Below are positions 1-17,573 of a DNA stretch of 64,000 nucleotides, one piece after another. Source of the stretch: the human T2T-CHM13v2.0 reference genome, Homo sapiens; the NCBI RefSeq assembly GCF_009914755.1, contig NC_060933.1; one strand, given 5' to 3'. A model generated the notes under the pieces. That model was not told where the DNA came from. It ran no database searches and saw nothing but the letters and a program-made list of their open reading frames with translations. Positions within the stretch are counted from its first letter, which is position 1. Every line of letters starts with the position of its first letter. The translations under genes were made by a program, and so were the position numbers.

Positions 1-1560
1 GACTATTAAGCTAAACAGACACAGGGATGACCTCAAGAAAGCCAAGCTTAAAAATAAAAACAAGACTTAAATTACTGAGCAGACACACCAGGGGCCACAT
101 GTCATAGGGGAAACAATTCTACAGATTTACAGTGATAAGTTTCTAAAACAAAAACACAGCAACTCTAACTCTTGGGGAAAATATAAGAATCTAGAATTAC
201 TATAATATATTATCTAAAATATCAAATTTTCAATAAAAATAATAAAACATACAAAGCAACAGGACAAGGCAAAACATACCTAGGGGAAAAAAGCAGTCAA
301 CAGAAACCGAGTGGGTCCAGATTTTGGATTTAACAGAGAAGGATTTCAAAGAAGCTATTTTAAATGTGTTCAAAGAACTAAAGGAAGCCATGTTTTAACA
401 ACTAAAGGAGAAGTATGATGACAACTACTTAGCAATTAGAGTATATTAATAAAGAGAGATACAAAGTGTCAAAAATAAATATATGGAAAATTCTGGAGTT
501 GAAAGTACAATAAAGAAAGATTTATTGAAGGAGCTCAGTAGAAGATTTGAAAAAAAAAAACAAACCAGAAAACTTCAAATAAATCAGTTGAAATTATCTA
601 GTTTGAAGAATGGAGAGAATAAAGATTGAAGAATAATGAACAGAGCCTTGGAGACCTCTAGGTCAATAGCAAGTTTATCAGTATACATGTAATGGAATTC
701 TCAGATGGATAAGAGAGAAAGAATGAAATAGAACATTTTTAGGAGTAATGACAGAAAACTTCCAAAATGTAATGAAAAACATGACTCTACAGATTCAAGA
801 ATCTCAACAAACCCCAAGTAGGATAAATAGAAAGATTCACACATAGTCATGTCATAGTCAAACTGAAACATGAAGATAGAAGGAGTCTTGAAAGCAGCAA
901 GAACAAAAATACTCACCAAGTACAGGAGAACCTCAATAAGATTAACAATTAATTTCTTATCAGAAATAATGAATGACAGAAGGCAGCAAAATACATATTC
1001 AAAATGCTGAAAGAAAATAAAATAACTCTCAACTAAGAATTCTCTATTCTAGGAAAACTTTTTCAGAAATGAAAGTGAAAAAAGACATTCTCACATAAAC
1101 AAAGGCTGAAATAATTTTTTACTAACAGATTTGTCTTACAAGAAATACTAAAGAAAATCTTTTAGTCTGAAAATCACTAGATAGCAACTGAAATTCATGT
1201 ATTTATTTACAAGAATAAAGAGCACTGGAAATAGCTAAATATATGGATAAATATAAAAGATTACATAAATATTTTTCTCTTAAATTTTTAAAAAGGTGTT
1301 ATAATATATAAAGGTATTATAATATATAAATTATATATAATATATAAATATATAAGATATTATATATATAATAATTGTAACTATTGTTGAGTTTATAACA
1401 TAGATGTAATATATATTACAATAATGGCACAAAGAGAGGATACAGGACAGTTTCTATATTTTACCAGAATTAAGCTGGTTTAAGTTTCAAATAGATTATG
1501 ATTACTTAAAATGCATATTGTAATCCTTACATTAGTCACTAAGAAAGTAACTGAAATTAT
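1..1560 (+). mobile_element. Old L1M-type LINE-1, degraded 5'/ORF1/inter-ORF region
   Basis: A-rich plus strand with L1M ORF1-like motifs (ggatttcaaagaagctattttaaatgtgttcaaagaactaaagga; agattcaagaatctcaacaaaccccaagtaggataaat); no intact ORF. Confidence 0.75.
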
Positions 1561-1579
1561 ATAGTAAAAATATTAACTG

Positions 1580-1875
1580 AGGGACTTCTGCAAAAGATGG
1601 AGAGACAGGGACTACATTTACTCTACTGCCTAAAATAACCAAGAAAAAACCCACTCAGACAAAATATGTGAAATGATGATTCTCAAGATGTAGGACACAT
1701 GAAGGAGAAATTATAAGGGAATATGAGAAACTTTTAAGAATAATGGATATGTTAATTACCCTGCTTGTCATGATTGTTTCACATGTATGTACATATTCCC
1801 AATCTTATCAAACTGTACACTTTAAATACATGGCATATATTATCTGTCAATAATATCTAAATAAAACTGTTGAAA
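1580..1875 (+). mobile_element. Old L1 (L1MC/ME-like) fragments ending in a 3' terminus
   Basis: tcttatcaaactgtacactttaaatacatggc...aataaaactgttgaaa resembles L1M 3' UTR ends. Confidence 0.55.
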
Positions 1876-2379
1876 CCATTTCTGTAAATCATGGGTCCAT
1901 GAACTTAAAACATACACATGTGTAATACACAGAATTTTTTGGAAGAGGGGTTATAGAAGTAACTCATTTTAACCTGGAATTCTCTTCCTGGAATAATTCT
2001 CTAGATTTGGAAGCAATGTGGAAAATATTTTAAAAATAGATTATTTGAAAGATGCAAAAAAGTAGATTCAGTTTTTATGCCTGTAAGTTTACCCTTTAAA
2101 TTTAAGAATATGTTGAAAAATATCACAGAATACAATTTGAAAATAAAAACTATGTAATAACTCCACTGGCTTTGTAAAAAATAAACTTCTCTCAGACTCA
2201 TGTAATTTCCTTTTTCAACGGAATAATATACGCAGGAAGAAGGAAGGGCTGACCTATATTTCAGGTAAGAGTTTGTACTGGCTATGGTAGTTGAGGTTGG
2301 GGAGTAGTTTCAAGAAGGATATGAAGAAAAAGAATTTCCATGACATAGTAACTAATGATAGTTCCAGTGGTCAAATAGA

Positions 2380-2540
2380 AGAAATCAAAGGTTTCTGACA
2401 TTTCTATCTTAGATGACTGGGTAGGTGTGTTGTCATGAGATGAGATGATGATTAGAGGAACAGGGGTTGGAGAGAGGAAAGGGGATGATTTGGTCTTAAG
2501 CATAATAGAGATTTTCTTTTGCATCACATATTTGAGAAAT
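2380..2540 (-). mobile_element. L2 fragment
   Basis: aaggtttctgac...gatgactgggtaggtgtg...gaggaacaggggttggag resembles L2 antisense consensus. Confidence 0.5.
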
Positions 2541-2699
2541 ATATAAGCACTGGTTTCTCATGTCTCTCCCCTGAAGCTGTTCATTCATTAAAAAATCTGT
2601 TTATGCATTAAAGCATGTTATGCCACATCCTGAAAATAGTATTCTCTTCTACAGCAATAATGGAAGTTGAACTCAAGAATGAATTGTCTGGAGGCTTTA

Positions 2700-2820
2700 G
2701 GAATCAATCAGTTAGCATATATTTACTGAGACCTTTTCTATGCTGGAAATAGTGCCAGTTTCAGAACAATGAACAAGATAGATAACGTTGCTACCTTCAT
2801 GGGCCCTTTTCCTGGGGACA
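2700..2820 (-). mobile_element. L2 3'-end fragment (donor of the 24-bp segment copied into the Alu at 4993)
   Basis: tatttactgagacc...tgaacaagatagataacgttgctaccttcatggg resembles L2 end tatttattgagcacc...tgaacaagacagacaaggtccctgccctcatgg. Confidence 0.6.
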
Positions 2821-4280
2821 TGGAAACTGCAGAAGCATTATTCTGAATGTCAGAATGGAACATTTCACCCCTTGTTTTTACAGTCACTGTTAGAAATGGA
2901 GACAAGTAGTTTGGAGGCAAGAGCCAGGAATACAGAATTGAGGCACTTCCTGTGGTCAAGAATTTAACTCACTGGGGCACGTGACAGCTCTGATTCTACT
3001 TCACTCAGCCTTAAAGTTTGCTTCATTAAATTCAGGAAAATGTCTAGATTTCCTAATTACAGAAAGCAGGAGAGAGTATGTGGAAATTCTGGGTACTTTG
3101 AGCCTTTTCTTTAGAATCAAATTATGGCATAAGTTCTACCACAAAACCAGGCTATAGTTACAGCAATTACAGTGACAGTTCTTTGAAAGGCAGAATAAAT
3201 GTGGTATTCTTTGGTTCTCTGCAATAAGATCTCCCTCCATATTATAGACTTGATATTTGTTTGGTATGAATGGTATTGATGTTAAATTTGTGCTAGAAAA
3301 CCAACTTGAATTTGTGAGATACCCAGTTCTAAAGTGGCCTTTTCCTGAGGCCTTCTTGAATTTCATTTAGTAAACATTCACTCATGCTTCTTATTCTCGG
3401 GGGAGAAAGGTGATGGTATAATTAAAAATAATACAATACTTATTGCTCTATTAGTAGATTTGATAGCACTGGTGGGAATTATTACAACATTTCTTTTGCA
3501 TATTTTTGACTCAATAATTTAAAAAGTAAACCATTAAATTGCTTTAAATAGATTTAATCTAGAATTTAAATTAGATAAAGCAGGCTTTAAGTATTAAGCG
3601 ATAACTAATTATTTCAAAGATATTTTGGTTGCTTTAAGAATGGTTGCATATGATTACCAAAAATTAGCCCACACTAAATCTTGAAAACAATATATTAGCT
3701 TCGAGTTTATCAATGCTTTTTACAGCTGCCCTGAATTTAAAGGCATTTAAATAAATGAGATTCTTTTGAAGATTTGAATACTTCAAAACCGTAGTGATAT
3801 TTGGCAGCAGTGAGAGGGTCACATATATGTATTATTTTGAGAGTTAATTTAGGGTAAGCTTTGAGATTTAGGTCACAAGTTTGAACCACAGTCACTTTCA
3901 TAATGACCAATGTTTAATACCATCTGATAACTACATGTTGGCTCTTGAAATGATTGAATGGTCTCAAAGTAACTTTTATAATTATTTCTTACCTATTTTT
4001 TAAGTAAAATATTCTATCTGAAAATTGTTAAAGGCTGACTTAATTTTTCTCAATCTCTAAAGATCACAACTGTAACTTACAGAAAGACAGAAGAAATAAG
4101 AATGATTTATTTCTTACCTGAGAAAGAAATGTAAATAGAAACGTTATTTAGCCCAACTTTTAAAGTTTGATATTTTATTGTGTTGTCCTTTGCTTTTAGT
4201 TAGAGGGAGGTCATATTAATAAAATCTACCTGTAGAGGAGGGAAATACACCTAATTTTTTTCCAGTAAATGTTATCATTT

Positions 4281-4689
4281 TGTTATGGTTTGGATGTGTG
4301 TCCCCTGCAAATCTTCTGTGGAAATGTGATCCCTAATGTTGGAGATAGGGACTAATAGGAGGTGTTTGGGTCATGGGGGCAGATCCCTCATGAATGGCTT
4401 GATCCTGTCCTCATGGTAATGAGTTAGTTCTCACTCTATTAGTTCACAACAGAGCTGGCTGTTTAAAAAGGAGCCTGACACCTCTCTTTCTTGCTCCCTC
4501 CCACCATGTAATATGCTGGTTCCTCCTTTACCTTCTGCCATGATTGTAAGTTTCCTGAGGCCCTCACCCAAAACAGTTGCTGACACCACACTTCCTATAC
4601 AGCCTGCAGAAGCATAAGCCAAAATAAACCTCTTTATAAATTACCTAGTCTGATGTATTCCTTTATAGCAATGCAAACAGACCTGTACA
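4281..4689 (+). mobile_element. MST-family (MSTB-like) ERVL-MaLR solo LTR
   Basis: Starts tgttatggtttggatgtgtgtcccc, ends tttatagcaatgcaaacagacctgtaca; aataaa signal; near-TSD cattt/tattt. Confidence 0.85.
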
Positions 4690-4825
4690 TATTTCATCCC
4701 AGGCTCTTTGAAATTTGGAGATCTAAGGGTGCATGTGTATAGCCAAGAAATCTTTTAAAGCTTTGCCTATTATTTGAACCACAGTTGGCACCTGAGTAAT
4801 TTGAGACTTAATAATTATTGACAGA

Positions 4826-5233
<408 letters not shown>

Positions 5234-7059
5234 TTATGGCCACACAGGTTGTTCACAGAATAATTCCAGGGAGAGCCATTCACACAGACTAAGAATGGCA
5301 CTCTTTTCTTAGAGTTGTTTATTGCTGTCAAATGTTCAGCCTCCACAAAGATATACCCAGTAACTCGTAGAAGTTTTCATTTTAGATTTTGTTTCATTTC
5401 TGTTTATTTTTCTACACCTTATTCAGAGAGTCAGAATCCTTTTACTTAGCATTATCAAACACTAATTATTTGCGTCCCCATTGCTTCATTAGATCTGATT
5501 TTGGTTTTTCACACAATGTCTGAGGTAGTGAGAATACCTTTCCCCTGCCAAAGCACTCATGCACACGTGAGCATGAGTTCACTTGTGCACACACACACAC
5601 CTACCCCAAAGACAATGTTAGTGTTTCTCTAACAAACATTAACATTTAAATCAGTGCTTTATTCCCTATAGAACTGTTTTGTTTTCTTCCTCCTATTCTT
5701 TTTCTCTCCTGGTGCCTAAGAAATTTATGACAACCGAATAGTTAAATATTGATTTGAAATCATTATATGTGTTATACGGACAAAGTAATAAAAATGGAAT
5801 TTAAGAGATATTAACCTACACTTAACCTTTTTTTCTTTTGATATGCTTACATTCCTAGTGTTTAAAGTTGCAGCTTCCCAAATTAGCACATTACATTTCA
5901 TCTGGAGTCTCTTTTGAAACTGTTGGTTTCTAAAGCTTCTTTTACAGATGTAATATTGAAATAATTTTATAATTGCATAATTCATTTGCCTTCAAGTAAG
6001 GAACTTTTGTGTGTACATTGAGTGATTATTTATTTGTATGTGCAGTTACAAGAGATACAAACCTAGAGAAAAGTGCATGAAATTCTTCATTGTCAATTTC
6101 AGTCAGTTCTCAGAACTTGAAACCCATTCAGAGAGTCTATCTCTGCACTTTCCCACTGTCAATTTTCTGTATAAATTCCTCACATAAACTGTAAACTTGG
6201 TTGTTCTCATAATGATTGGTTTGGTCTTTCTGCTGTAATTTTTGTTATTCCTTTTTCTATTTGTCTAGGGTTATAGGTAGTACTTTTCTTCTTGGATTTC
6301 CTGCCTATAAGTTAGAGGTTTACCTTTTGAGACTCAATAGAAATCACACTTGTGTTCTTTTTCAATCCTTTTTAAATACATCCATACTCCTTTGCTGTTT
6401 TATGATTCATTCACCATTGCTTCCAATAGATATTGATGCAATTCAGCAAAACCACTCCCTTAGGTTTGCTGAGTTCATGTTTGGATTCATGCTTCTATCA
6501 ACTGGGAGAGTTGACTGTAAATGCAGTGCGTGATCTATATGGAATGGCACCAGGCTTTCTGGAGAGTGCAGTTTCTAGAAATCATGTATGGTGTGTGGTT
6601 GACTAAGGCAAGTCAATAATATCACAACTTAAACATAAACAGCAGCATGAATTCTGAAAAGGCATTATGACTGTAATTCATGTTAGTTATCATATTTAGT
6701 ATATTATTACTATGAAATTTACTGGTACAGAATGTATTTGAGAGAAATTCACTGGCCAGACTTGATATCCCAATAACATAATGAGGGAAGAATTTGAGTA
6801 AATTAAGGAAAGATGTTCACATGAGAGCAGGAGTCCAGCTTGTAATCGCAGCTTCAGCCACAGCAGGACCTTCTTTCTAATCCTTTATCCCTCTGTCTCT
6901 TGAATATCCCTGTTACAAGCTAGTTGTTGGAGATAATTTAAGCTGTGGCAGCTGGATTTGTCTAAGTCAGGAAAACAGGCTAAATTGGGGAAAGCTGAAG
7001 GTTGTGCTTTTGCAAACCGTTGTCTCTCATAAAACTCTATCTCTATTACAGACATTTCT

Positions 7060-7600
7060 TTTAACTTATAACCCTTAATCTCCAATTGCCTCCAAGGTGG
7101 CTCTATGTGGATAAATGATGCCATCTCAAATTCAGAATGTTGAAAATAATTCACTGTGCTCTTTCTGCAATTGACTTTTCCTTGACTTCACTGTTTCTAT
7201 TAATGATGTAATAATTGTTTTTCCCAGGAACTGAACATTAAAACCTCTCACATGTAACTCCTCTTTCTTTTTCAGTCATGATATCTAACCCCCTTCTACT
7301 GCATACTTCACATTTCTTTGCCAGCCAGTGCTTTATTTCTGACCTTTAATACTTCTCACATGAACCCGCTCAGTAGTTAGATCAGGAATGTCAGCACTCA
7401 CTCACCTATTTCCCTTAGAATCCATAATATACAGGTAGGTACATTAACCTTCTTTACTAAAACATGGCTATTGTCATGGCATCTCCTTGTTCAAAAACGT
7501 TTAAAAATTTACATTTGCCTACCAAATTAAGTGTTAGGTCTCTAGTCTTGCATTGTAGACCCCAAGATAAAACTGCAGCTTATCCTTCTAGTTATATATT
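7060..7600 (+). mobile_element. L2 fragment(s)
   Basis: gccatctcaaattcagaatgttgaaa...tgtttctattaatgatgta resembles L2 body. Confidence 0.45.
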
Positions 7601-8369
7601 ACATTTCTTCCCTTTATTAACCATGTTTTCAGCTAAAACAGACACATTTGAGGGGCTGTGTGATTGGTTATGTGGGAACAATAAGGAGATGGAAGGTGAG
7701 GAAATGGAGGGAGAAACTAGAGCCAGAATATAATCAAGTTTATATAATCATATGAGTTCGTTTTTATTCATCATCTACTAAATACAGGGCACTATGTGTC
7801 AGTAAATGCTATGTGATAAGAGAATATAAAGGAATATAAGGTAGATTTTTCTGCCCATGAAGAAGTTATATTTTCATTAATGATATAAGATTGCATGAAA
7901 TATTAAGGAATAATAAAACATTTAAATTGACAAGAAGACATGTCACAATGCAAAACATAATTGCTTTCCTGATGAATTTTACAATTTCTATAAATTTTAA
8001 AGGACATAGAGATTAGACCAAGTGAGCTTTATGGAACAGATGGGATTTGAATGTTTCAGAGGCAGGATATTTTGATTTGAGTGCAGGGTGATAATAGAGA
8101 TTGGTAAGATAAAGCAGGAGAGGCAGATAAGGGCTCCTCATGATAACTATGTATGGAGCAAGTGCTTTTCAGCTAGTTGCATGATCATGAAGGGGATCCA
8201 GAGTGGGAACCAGGCCCTGCCCTGTGGAGGAAGACCCAGGTGAGGTTAGTAGCTTGTCAAGGAGATATAATTAGGAATTCACTAGAGGAACTTAAAGCAG
8301 AAAGGTTAGAGGAAAGAACTGAAATCTGGACCTTGATATTTGCTTTTATATCCCTCATTGAATCTTTCT

Positions 8370-9360
<991 letters not shown>

Positions 9361-9439
9361 CTGAGGGTAATACCATTGAAACAGATGAACTAGAAGAAAT
9401 AACCCTGAAGCCATGATAACTTTCAAAGGAGTAAGAAGG

Positions 9440-9740
9440 TACAAATTAATTTAAAAATGTATTGAGTATCATAAGTGCTCCAGGAACCATTCTAGATGTT
9501 GGGAATATAGTGTTCTGCTTTCATTCTCCCTGAAAGATACAGACTGTAAGCAAGTAAACAAATATAATTTACAGGAATTAGGCCTATGGAGAACATCTTA
9601 AAGATTGCAAAACAATAGGAAGTGATTGTGGAGTGTGGGGCATTAGATGGGGGTAGTTAGGCATACCTTCTCTGAGGGCATAACATTTGAGCTAAGACTT
9701 GAATCATAACGTTCCAGCTAAGTGACTTTTAGGGCAACAG
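9440..9740 (-). mobile_element. L2 3' fragment
   Basis: tgtattgagtatcataagtgctccaggaaccattctagatgttggg; ttctctgagggcataacatttgagctaagacttgaat. Confidence 0.55.
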
Positions 9741-9870
9741 TGAGGCAATGTTTTAGAATTCCCTTGTAGTGCCACCGTAGGGTAGTCTTTTCTCGCCATG
9801 AATGACCCTTGCCCATTCATGAGTATGCTAGCAGGGAGGGGCAGGGGAAGTGAGTGCTCCTGCACTTTCC

Positions 9871-11719
<1,849 letters not shown>

Positions 11720-12329
11720 GTAGTTTATTATTACTTAAGAATCAAAAGAAAGATCATAGGACTGCTAGAGTTTTCATGGAAAAGTCAAGGGAAGGATGAC
11801 TTCTACTAACAAGGTTTAAAGAGATAGCAGGAGACAAAAATAATGATGATTTTAGGAATACCCTCCATTAGCCCTATAAGCTCATTGTGATGGTGAAAAC
11901 TCTGTTTCCTTAGCCGAAGGTAAGCTGCAAGACAGCAGAATTCTTTACCATCTTACTCACCAGTTTCCATGGCTGCTGCATTTGTGCAGATTGTACGCTA
12001 CATGATGGCAGCACAATTCAAGAGGATGTGATTCAAATCACAGACATCATAGATGTGCATGTTTATTGCCAAAATTATTCAGCAAAGGCAGTACAACACT
12101 CTCTTTCAATAAAATCAGGATATACAATGATTTCCAAACAGATATAAGTAAAATATCTTAAGGAAGTGAATTCTTAAAAAATACCTCCCAAGCTAATGAT
12201 GGCCTGATATCTAGAGCCTTGAAGATTTCCTGACATATAGTGTATACTCAATAAATATTTGTGAATGAATGAATCCAAATATCCTAATTAATTTTCTATA
12301 AATCTATATATTAATGTGATGGCTAATAT

Positions 12330-13795
12330 TTTTTAAAGCTCCAGAATTATTATATACCAATGAGGAAATTTGCAAAGTAGCTAGTAACATAATTAATATA
12401 CAGAAATCAGTAGTCAGTAGACAAATGGAACAGATTAGAGACCCCAGAAATAAAGCCACACATCTACAGCCAAGTGGATCGTCAACAAAGCCAACAAAAA
12501 TAAACAATGGAGAAAGGATATTCTATTCAATAAATTGTGCTGGGAAAACTGGCTAGCCATATGCACAAGAGTGAAACTGGACTGCTACTTCTCACTGTAT
12601 ATAAAAATTAACTCAAGATGGATTAAAGATTCAAGATGGATGTCACAATCTCAAATTATAAAAATCCTAGAAGAAAATGTAGGAAGTACTCTTCTAGATA
12701 TTGGCCTAGGCAAATAATTTATGACTAAGTTCTCAAAAGCAGATGCAACAAAAAGAGAAATTGACAAGTGGGACCTAATTAAACTAAAGAGCTTCTGCCC
12801 AGCAAAAGAAACTATCAGCAGTGTAAACAGACAACCTACAGAATGAGAGAAAATATCTGCAAAGTACACATCTGTAAAAGGACTAATATCCAGAATCTGT
12901 AAGGAACTTAAACAGATCCACAAGCAAAAACCAAATAACCCCATTACAAAGTGAGCAAAGGACATGAACAGATACTTCTCAAAAGATATATATGTAGTGG
13001 CCAGAAAATATATGAAAAAATGCTCAACATTACTAATCATCAGAGAAATACAAGTTAAAACCACAATGAGATGCCATCTCACATCATTCAGAATGGTTAT
13101 TATTAAAAAGTCAAAAAATAACAGATGCTGGTGAGGTTGCAGAGAAAAAGGAATGCTTATATACTCTTGGTGGGAATGCAAATTAGTTCAGCCACTGTGG
13201 AAAGCAATTTGGAGATTCCTCAAAAAACTAAAAATAGAACTACCATTTGAGCCAGGAATCCCATTACTGGTTATATACTCAAAGGAAAATAAATTATTCT
13301 ACCAAAAAGACACCTGTACTCATATGTTTATTACAGCACTATTCACAATAGCAAAGACATGGAATCAACTCAGGTGCCCATCAGTGGTGGATTGGATAAA
13401 GAAGATGTGGTACATCACAGAATACTATGCAGCCATAAAAAAGCTCAGCATCACGCTCTTTGCAGCAACATGGATGCAGCTGGAGGCCATTATCTTAAAC
13501 AAATTAACACAGAAACAGAAAACCAAATAACTCATGTTCTCATTTATAAGTGGGGGCTAAACGTTGGGTACACAGGGACATAAGGATGGGAACAATACAT
13601 ACTAGGGATTCTAAAAAAGGGGAGGGAGGGAAGTAGGGCAAGGGTTGAAAAACTACCTATCTGGTACTATATTCACGACTTGGGTGATGGGATCATTAGA
13701 AACCGAATTTTCAGCATTATGTATTATACCTGTGTTACAAACCTGCACATGTACCCCCGAATCTAAAATTAAATAAAATTTAGAAAGAAAGACAA
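12330..13795 (+). mobile_element. L1PB/L1PA16-like LINE-1 3' fragment
   Basis: ORF 13153-13530 ([12 protein letters not shown]...TWMQLEAIIL); 3' UTR gggcaagggttgaaaaactacctat...aaacctgcacatgtacccccgaatctaaaat. Confidence 0.9.
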
Positions 13796-13838
13796 TAAGC
13801 TTGGGAAATCTTCTGTGAAGGAAATGTAAAAGTTTAAT

Positions 13839-14316
13839 TGTTATAGGTTGAATTGTGCTACCCCCAACCCCATTCATATGTTGAAGTCCTTATCCCAAGT
13901 ACCTCAGACTATGACTTATTTGGAAATGGGGTCACTGAAGATGTAATTAGAGAAGATGAAGTTATACTGGATAGGGTGGACCCCTTATCCAGTATGACTG
14001 ATGGCCTTATGAAAAGGGGAAATTTGGGGACAGACTTACAGAGAAGGAGAATGCCATGTGAAGATGAAGGCAGAGACTGAGGTCATGCTTCTACAAGCCA
14101 AGGAATGCCAAAGATTGTTAGCAAATCTCCAGAAGCTAGGAGAGAAGGATGGAAGAGATTCTTTCTCAGAGTCATCAGAAGGAACGAACCTGTTAATACC
14201 CTGATTTCAGACTTCTAGTCTCCAGAACTGTGAAAGGATATGAGACAATATATTTCCATTGCTTAAGCCAACCAGTTTGTGATACTTTGTTATGGCAGCC
14301 CTGGCAAACTAATGCA
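13839..14316 (+). mobile_element. MLT1 (MLT1C-like) ERVL-MaLR solo LTR
   Basis: tgttataggttgaattgtg...gccatgtgaagatgaaggcagagac...ttatggcagccctggcaaactaatgca; TSD ttaat/gtaat. Confidence 0.85.
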
Positions 14317-14319
14317 GTA

Positions 14320-14500
14320 ATAACACATGATAGAGAGTGACTTTAGATTAAGGGGTCAGGGAAGGGCTCTTGGAGAAGTTGACATTTAGGTGAGACTGGA
14401 ACAATGAGAAAAAAACCAGCCTTAGAAGGACCCTGGGACAGGTATTCATTCAGAGGGAACAAGAGCAATCACTTAGAGGAGGAGAGTTGGGAGTCTTGTG
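14320..14500 (-). mobile_element. L2 fragment
   Basis: ggtcagggaagggctcttggagaagttgacatttaggtgagactgga. Confidence 0.5.
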
Positions 14501-15702
14501 ACTGGTGGACTGGATAAATGACATTTTTTTTTTCCTGAATAAACATTTATTGACAAGTATTTTGGAAGAGTTAACACAGACTCAAACAGTAACCTTGTTA
14601 CCCCCAGAGAGTAACTTGAACCTTTTGGTGTTTCTGTGATAGGTCAGCATATGTCTCTTTTGATAGTTCCACATGCCCAAGTATATAGGACTGAATTCAG
14701 TAGTTGTTCTCTTAATAGGATGAAATTTCAATTCAGCACTAAAATGGCAATTTGAGGGATTTCTGTTTTCTACTTTTCAATTAATTGCTTTGTACAAAGA
14801 GCAAGCACAGTGCCATGTGACTAAGACCTCTCTTAGTTAGAGCTGGAAAGGAACAAGGGAGATTACTGCAGTTTACAAGGGAACAGTCAAGAAATATGAA
14901 GGAGTTAAATCAGGGATCCCTAAGAAGAATGAAGACCCAGGAGTAGAACTCACTTTTTCTAATCCCAGTTGGGTGCAATTTCTGCTGGTCCTGCAACAGC
15001 CTCCTCCAGAATCTTCGTGGGCAGTGAATACATTTTTGTTGATGTGAGAACATCAAAACAGTGCCTTGATTTGGAAAATATAAAGCAAAGGGGAAAAGGC
15101 AATTTCTGGTAAGTGGAAGTAATTCTCGGCAGGCAATTCTTTTCCAGTTAGCGCTAAGGAATTTTGTTCATGTAGTGAGAATGAAAACACATTGAAACAA
15201 ATAACCCAAGTTTTCCATAGCAGTTCCAGAAGACGAGGATATGGCTTGTTATTAATATTCTCTGCTTGATTGTTCCTTTCTGTTCTGCTGGAGATGAAAG
15301 TGCCCTGTGGCCCTACTCAAGCAGTTGTTCATTTATCTCCAGACAGGGCTGGAGGAGCAATTGGAGGAGCCCAGCAGGCTGGACACATGTGGAGAGTTGG
15401 TGAGAAGCCCATGAACATGACAGCCAAAGAGTGAGGCAGGCAAAGCTCCCCTTTCATGCCCTCTTTGTTTCCTTTTCTGCAGATACCTCTTCTAAGAAGG
15501 AAATTTATTTTTAATGATGATTACCATGTGTATTCACATTGAATTCTCACAGCATAGCTGGTACTTAAGTATTTTTATGTCCAGTTTTCTGAATTGAGCC
15601 TTGGGACTCAGAGGTTATGTCACCTACTTTATGGGGCATCATAAACTTAGCATAAAGTTTGTTGAAAACGTGGACTTTTTGATCCAGTCTGGTCTGGATT
15701 CA

Positions 15703-16182
<480 letters not shown>

Positions 16183-17047
16183 CTAGGGTTGTTGGGAGGA
16201 TTAAATGTATCACTATGTGTAGTGGTATTTGGAACACTGCCTGACAAATGATGATGAAGAAGCAGGAGCACGAACTCAGGCCTGTTTCACTTTAAGCCTC
16301 CAGTGCTGTTTGTACTATGCATAAGCTACTTCTCTTTTCAGAAGCCCAGCTTCCCTCATGACACCTGACTATTCTTCAGACATTTGCCTCCCTTCCCTCC
16401 CACCATAAGTTACCTTCCCTGAATGCCAGTTCTTCTGGAACTACCAGGTGTTTGGATTACTTAACCCGATGACTCACTGTAGGCTGAGATGTTACTGAGT
16501 ACTCCTGGCTCGATGGTGTGCTTTTTATTATGCTGGTGGTTTGAGTTGTACAGGCTTGGAATAGGTTGTCTTAGAGGTTGAACAGCAAATGGTAGAGAGA
16601 GTGGACAGAGGATCCATGAGCTGGGCAAGAGATGGCTCTACTTTTCTATGTAAAGAGAAGACCAATGCAGGAAGTACAGTCATTGCAGCAAATTCTAGAT
16701 GACAGATCTTTGTGCCACCAGGCCTTTACCTAACTCTCAAATATCTCACCATTTGTTAAAGGCCTTCCTTACTTGTGTGTAGGCCAGCCAGATCTGGCGG
16801 CAGTAAGTCATCTGAATAAAAGCTGGTCACTCCAGAATCTTTGTGGAAACTGATTGACTATTTTGATAGTCTTTTTGTGACTGAAACCATGTAAGATTTT
16901 CATTCATAGGTTAACATATTTTGGTGTTTGTTTTCTCAAGCTAAGCTAATTATTTATTTTAAAATTTATCTCAATCTATACCACAAGACTAGATGCTTGA
17001 ATGATGGTTTGCCAAATAAGTAATTTCTTATTCAAAAGTTTGTTTCT

Positions 17048-17480
<433 letters not shown>

Positions 17481-17528
17481 CTAAGAAGGGAGGTGGGCTA
17501 AAAGGCTGCACATCTTTTAAGGAAACAA

Positions 17529-17531
<3 letters not shown>

Positions 17532-17571
<40 letters not shown>
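17532..17571. repeat. (GT)20 microsatellite
   Basis: Perfect dinucleotide run. Confidence 0.97.

Positions 17572-17573
<2 letters not shown>

Noticed and set aside
12651-13181. 176-aa hydrophobic ORF resembling a membrane protein
   Set aside because: Antisense reading of A-rich L1 ORF2, a well-known artefact.
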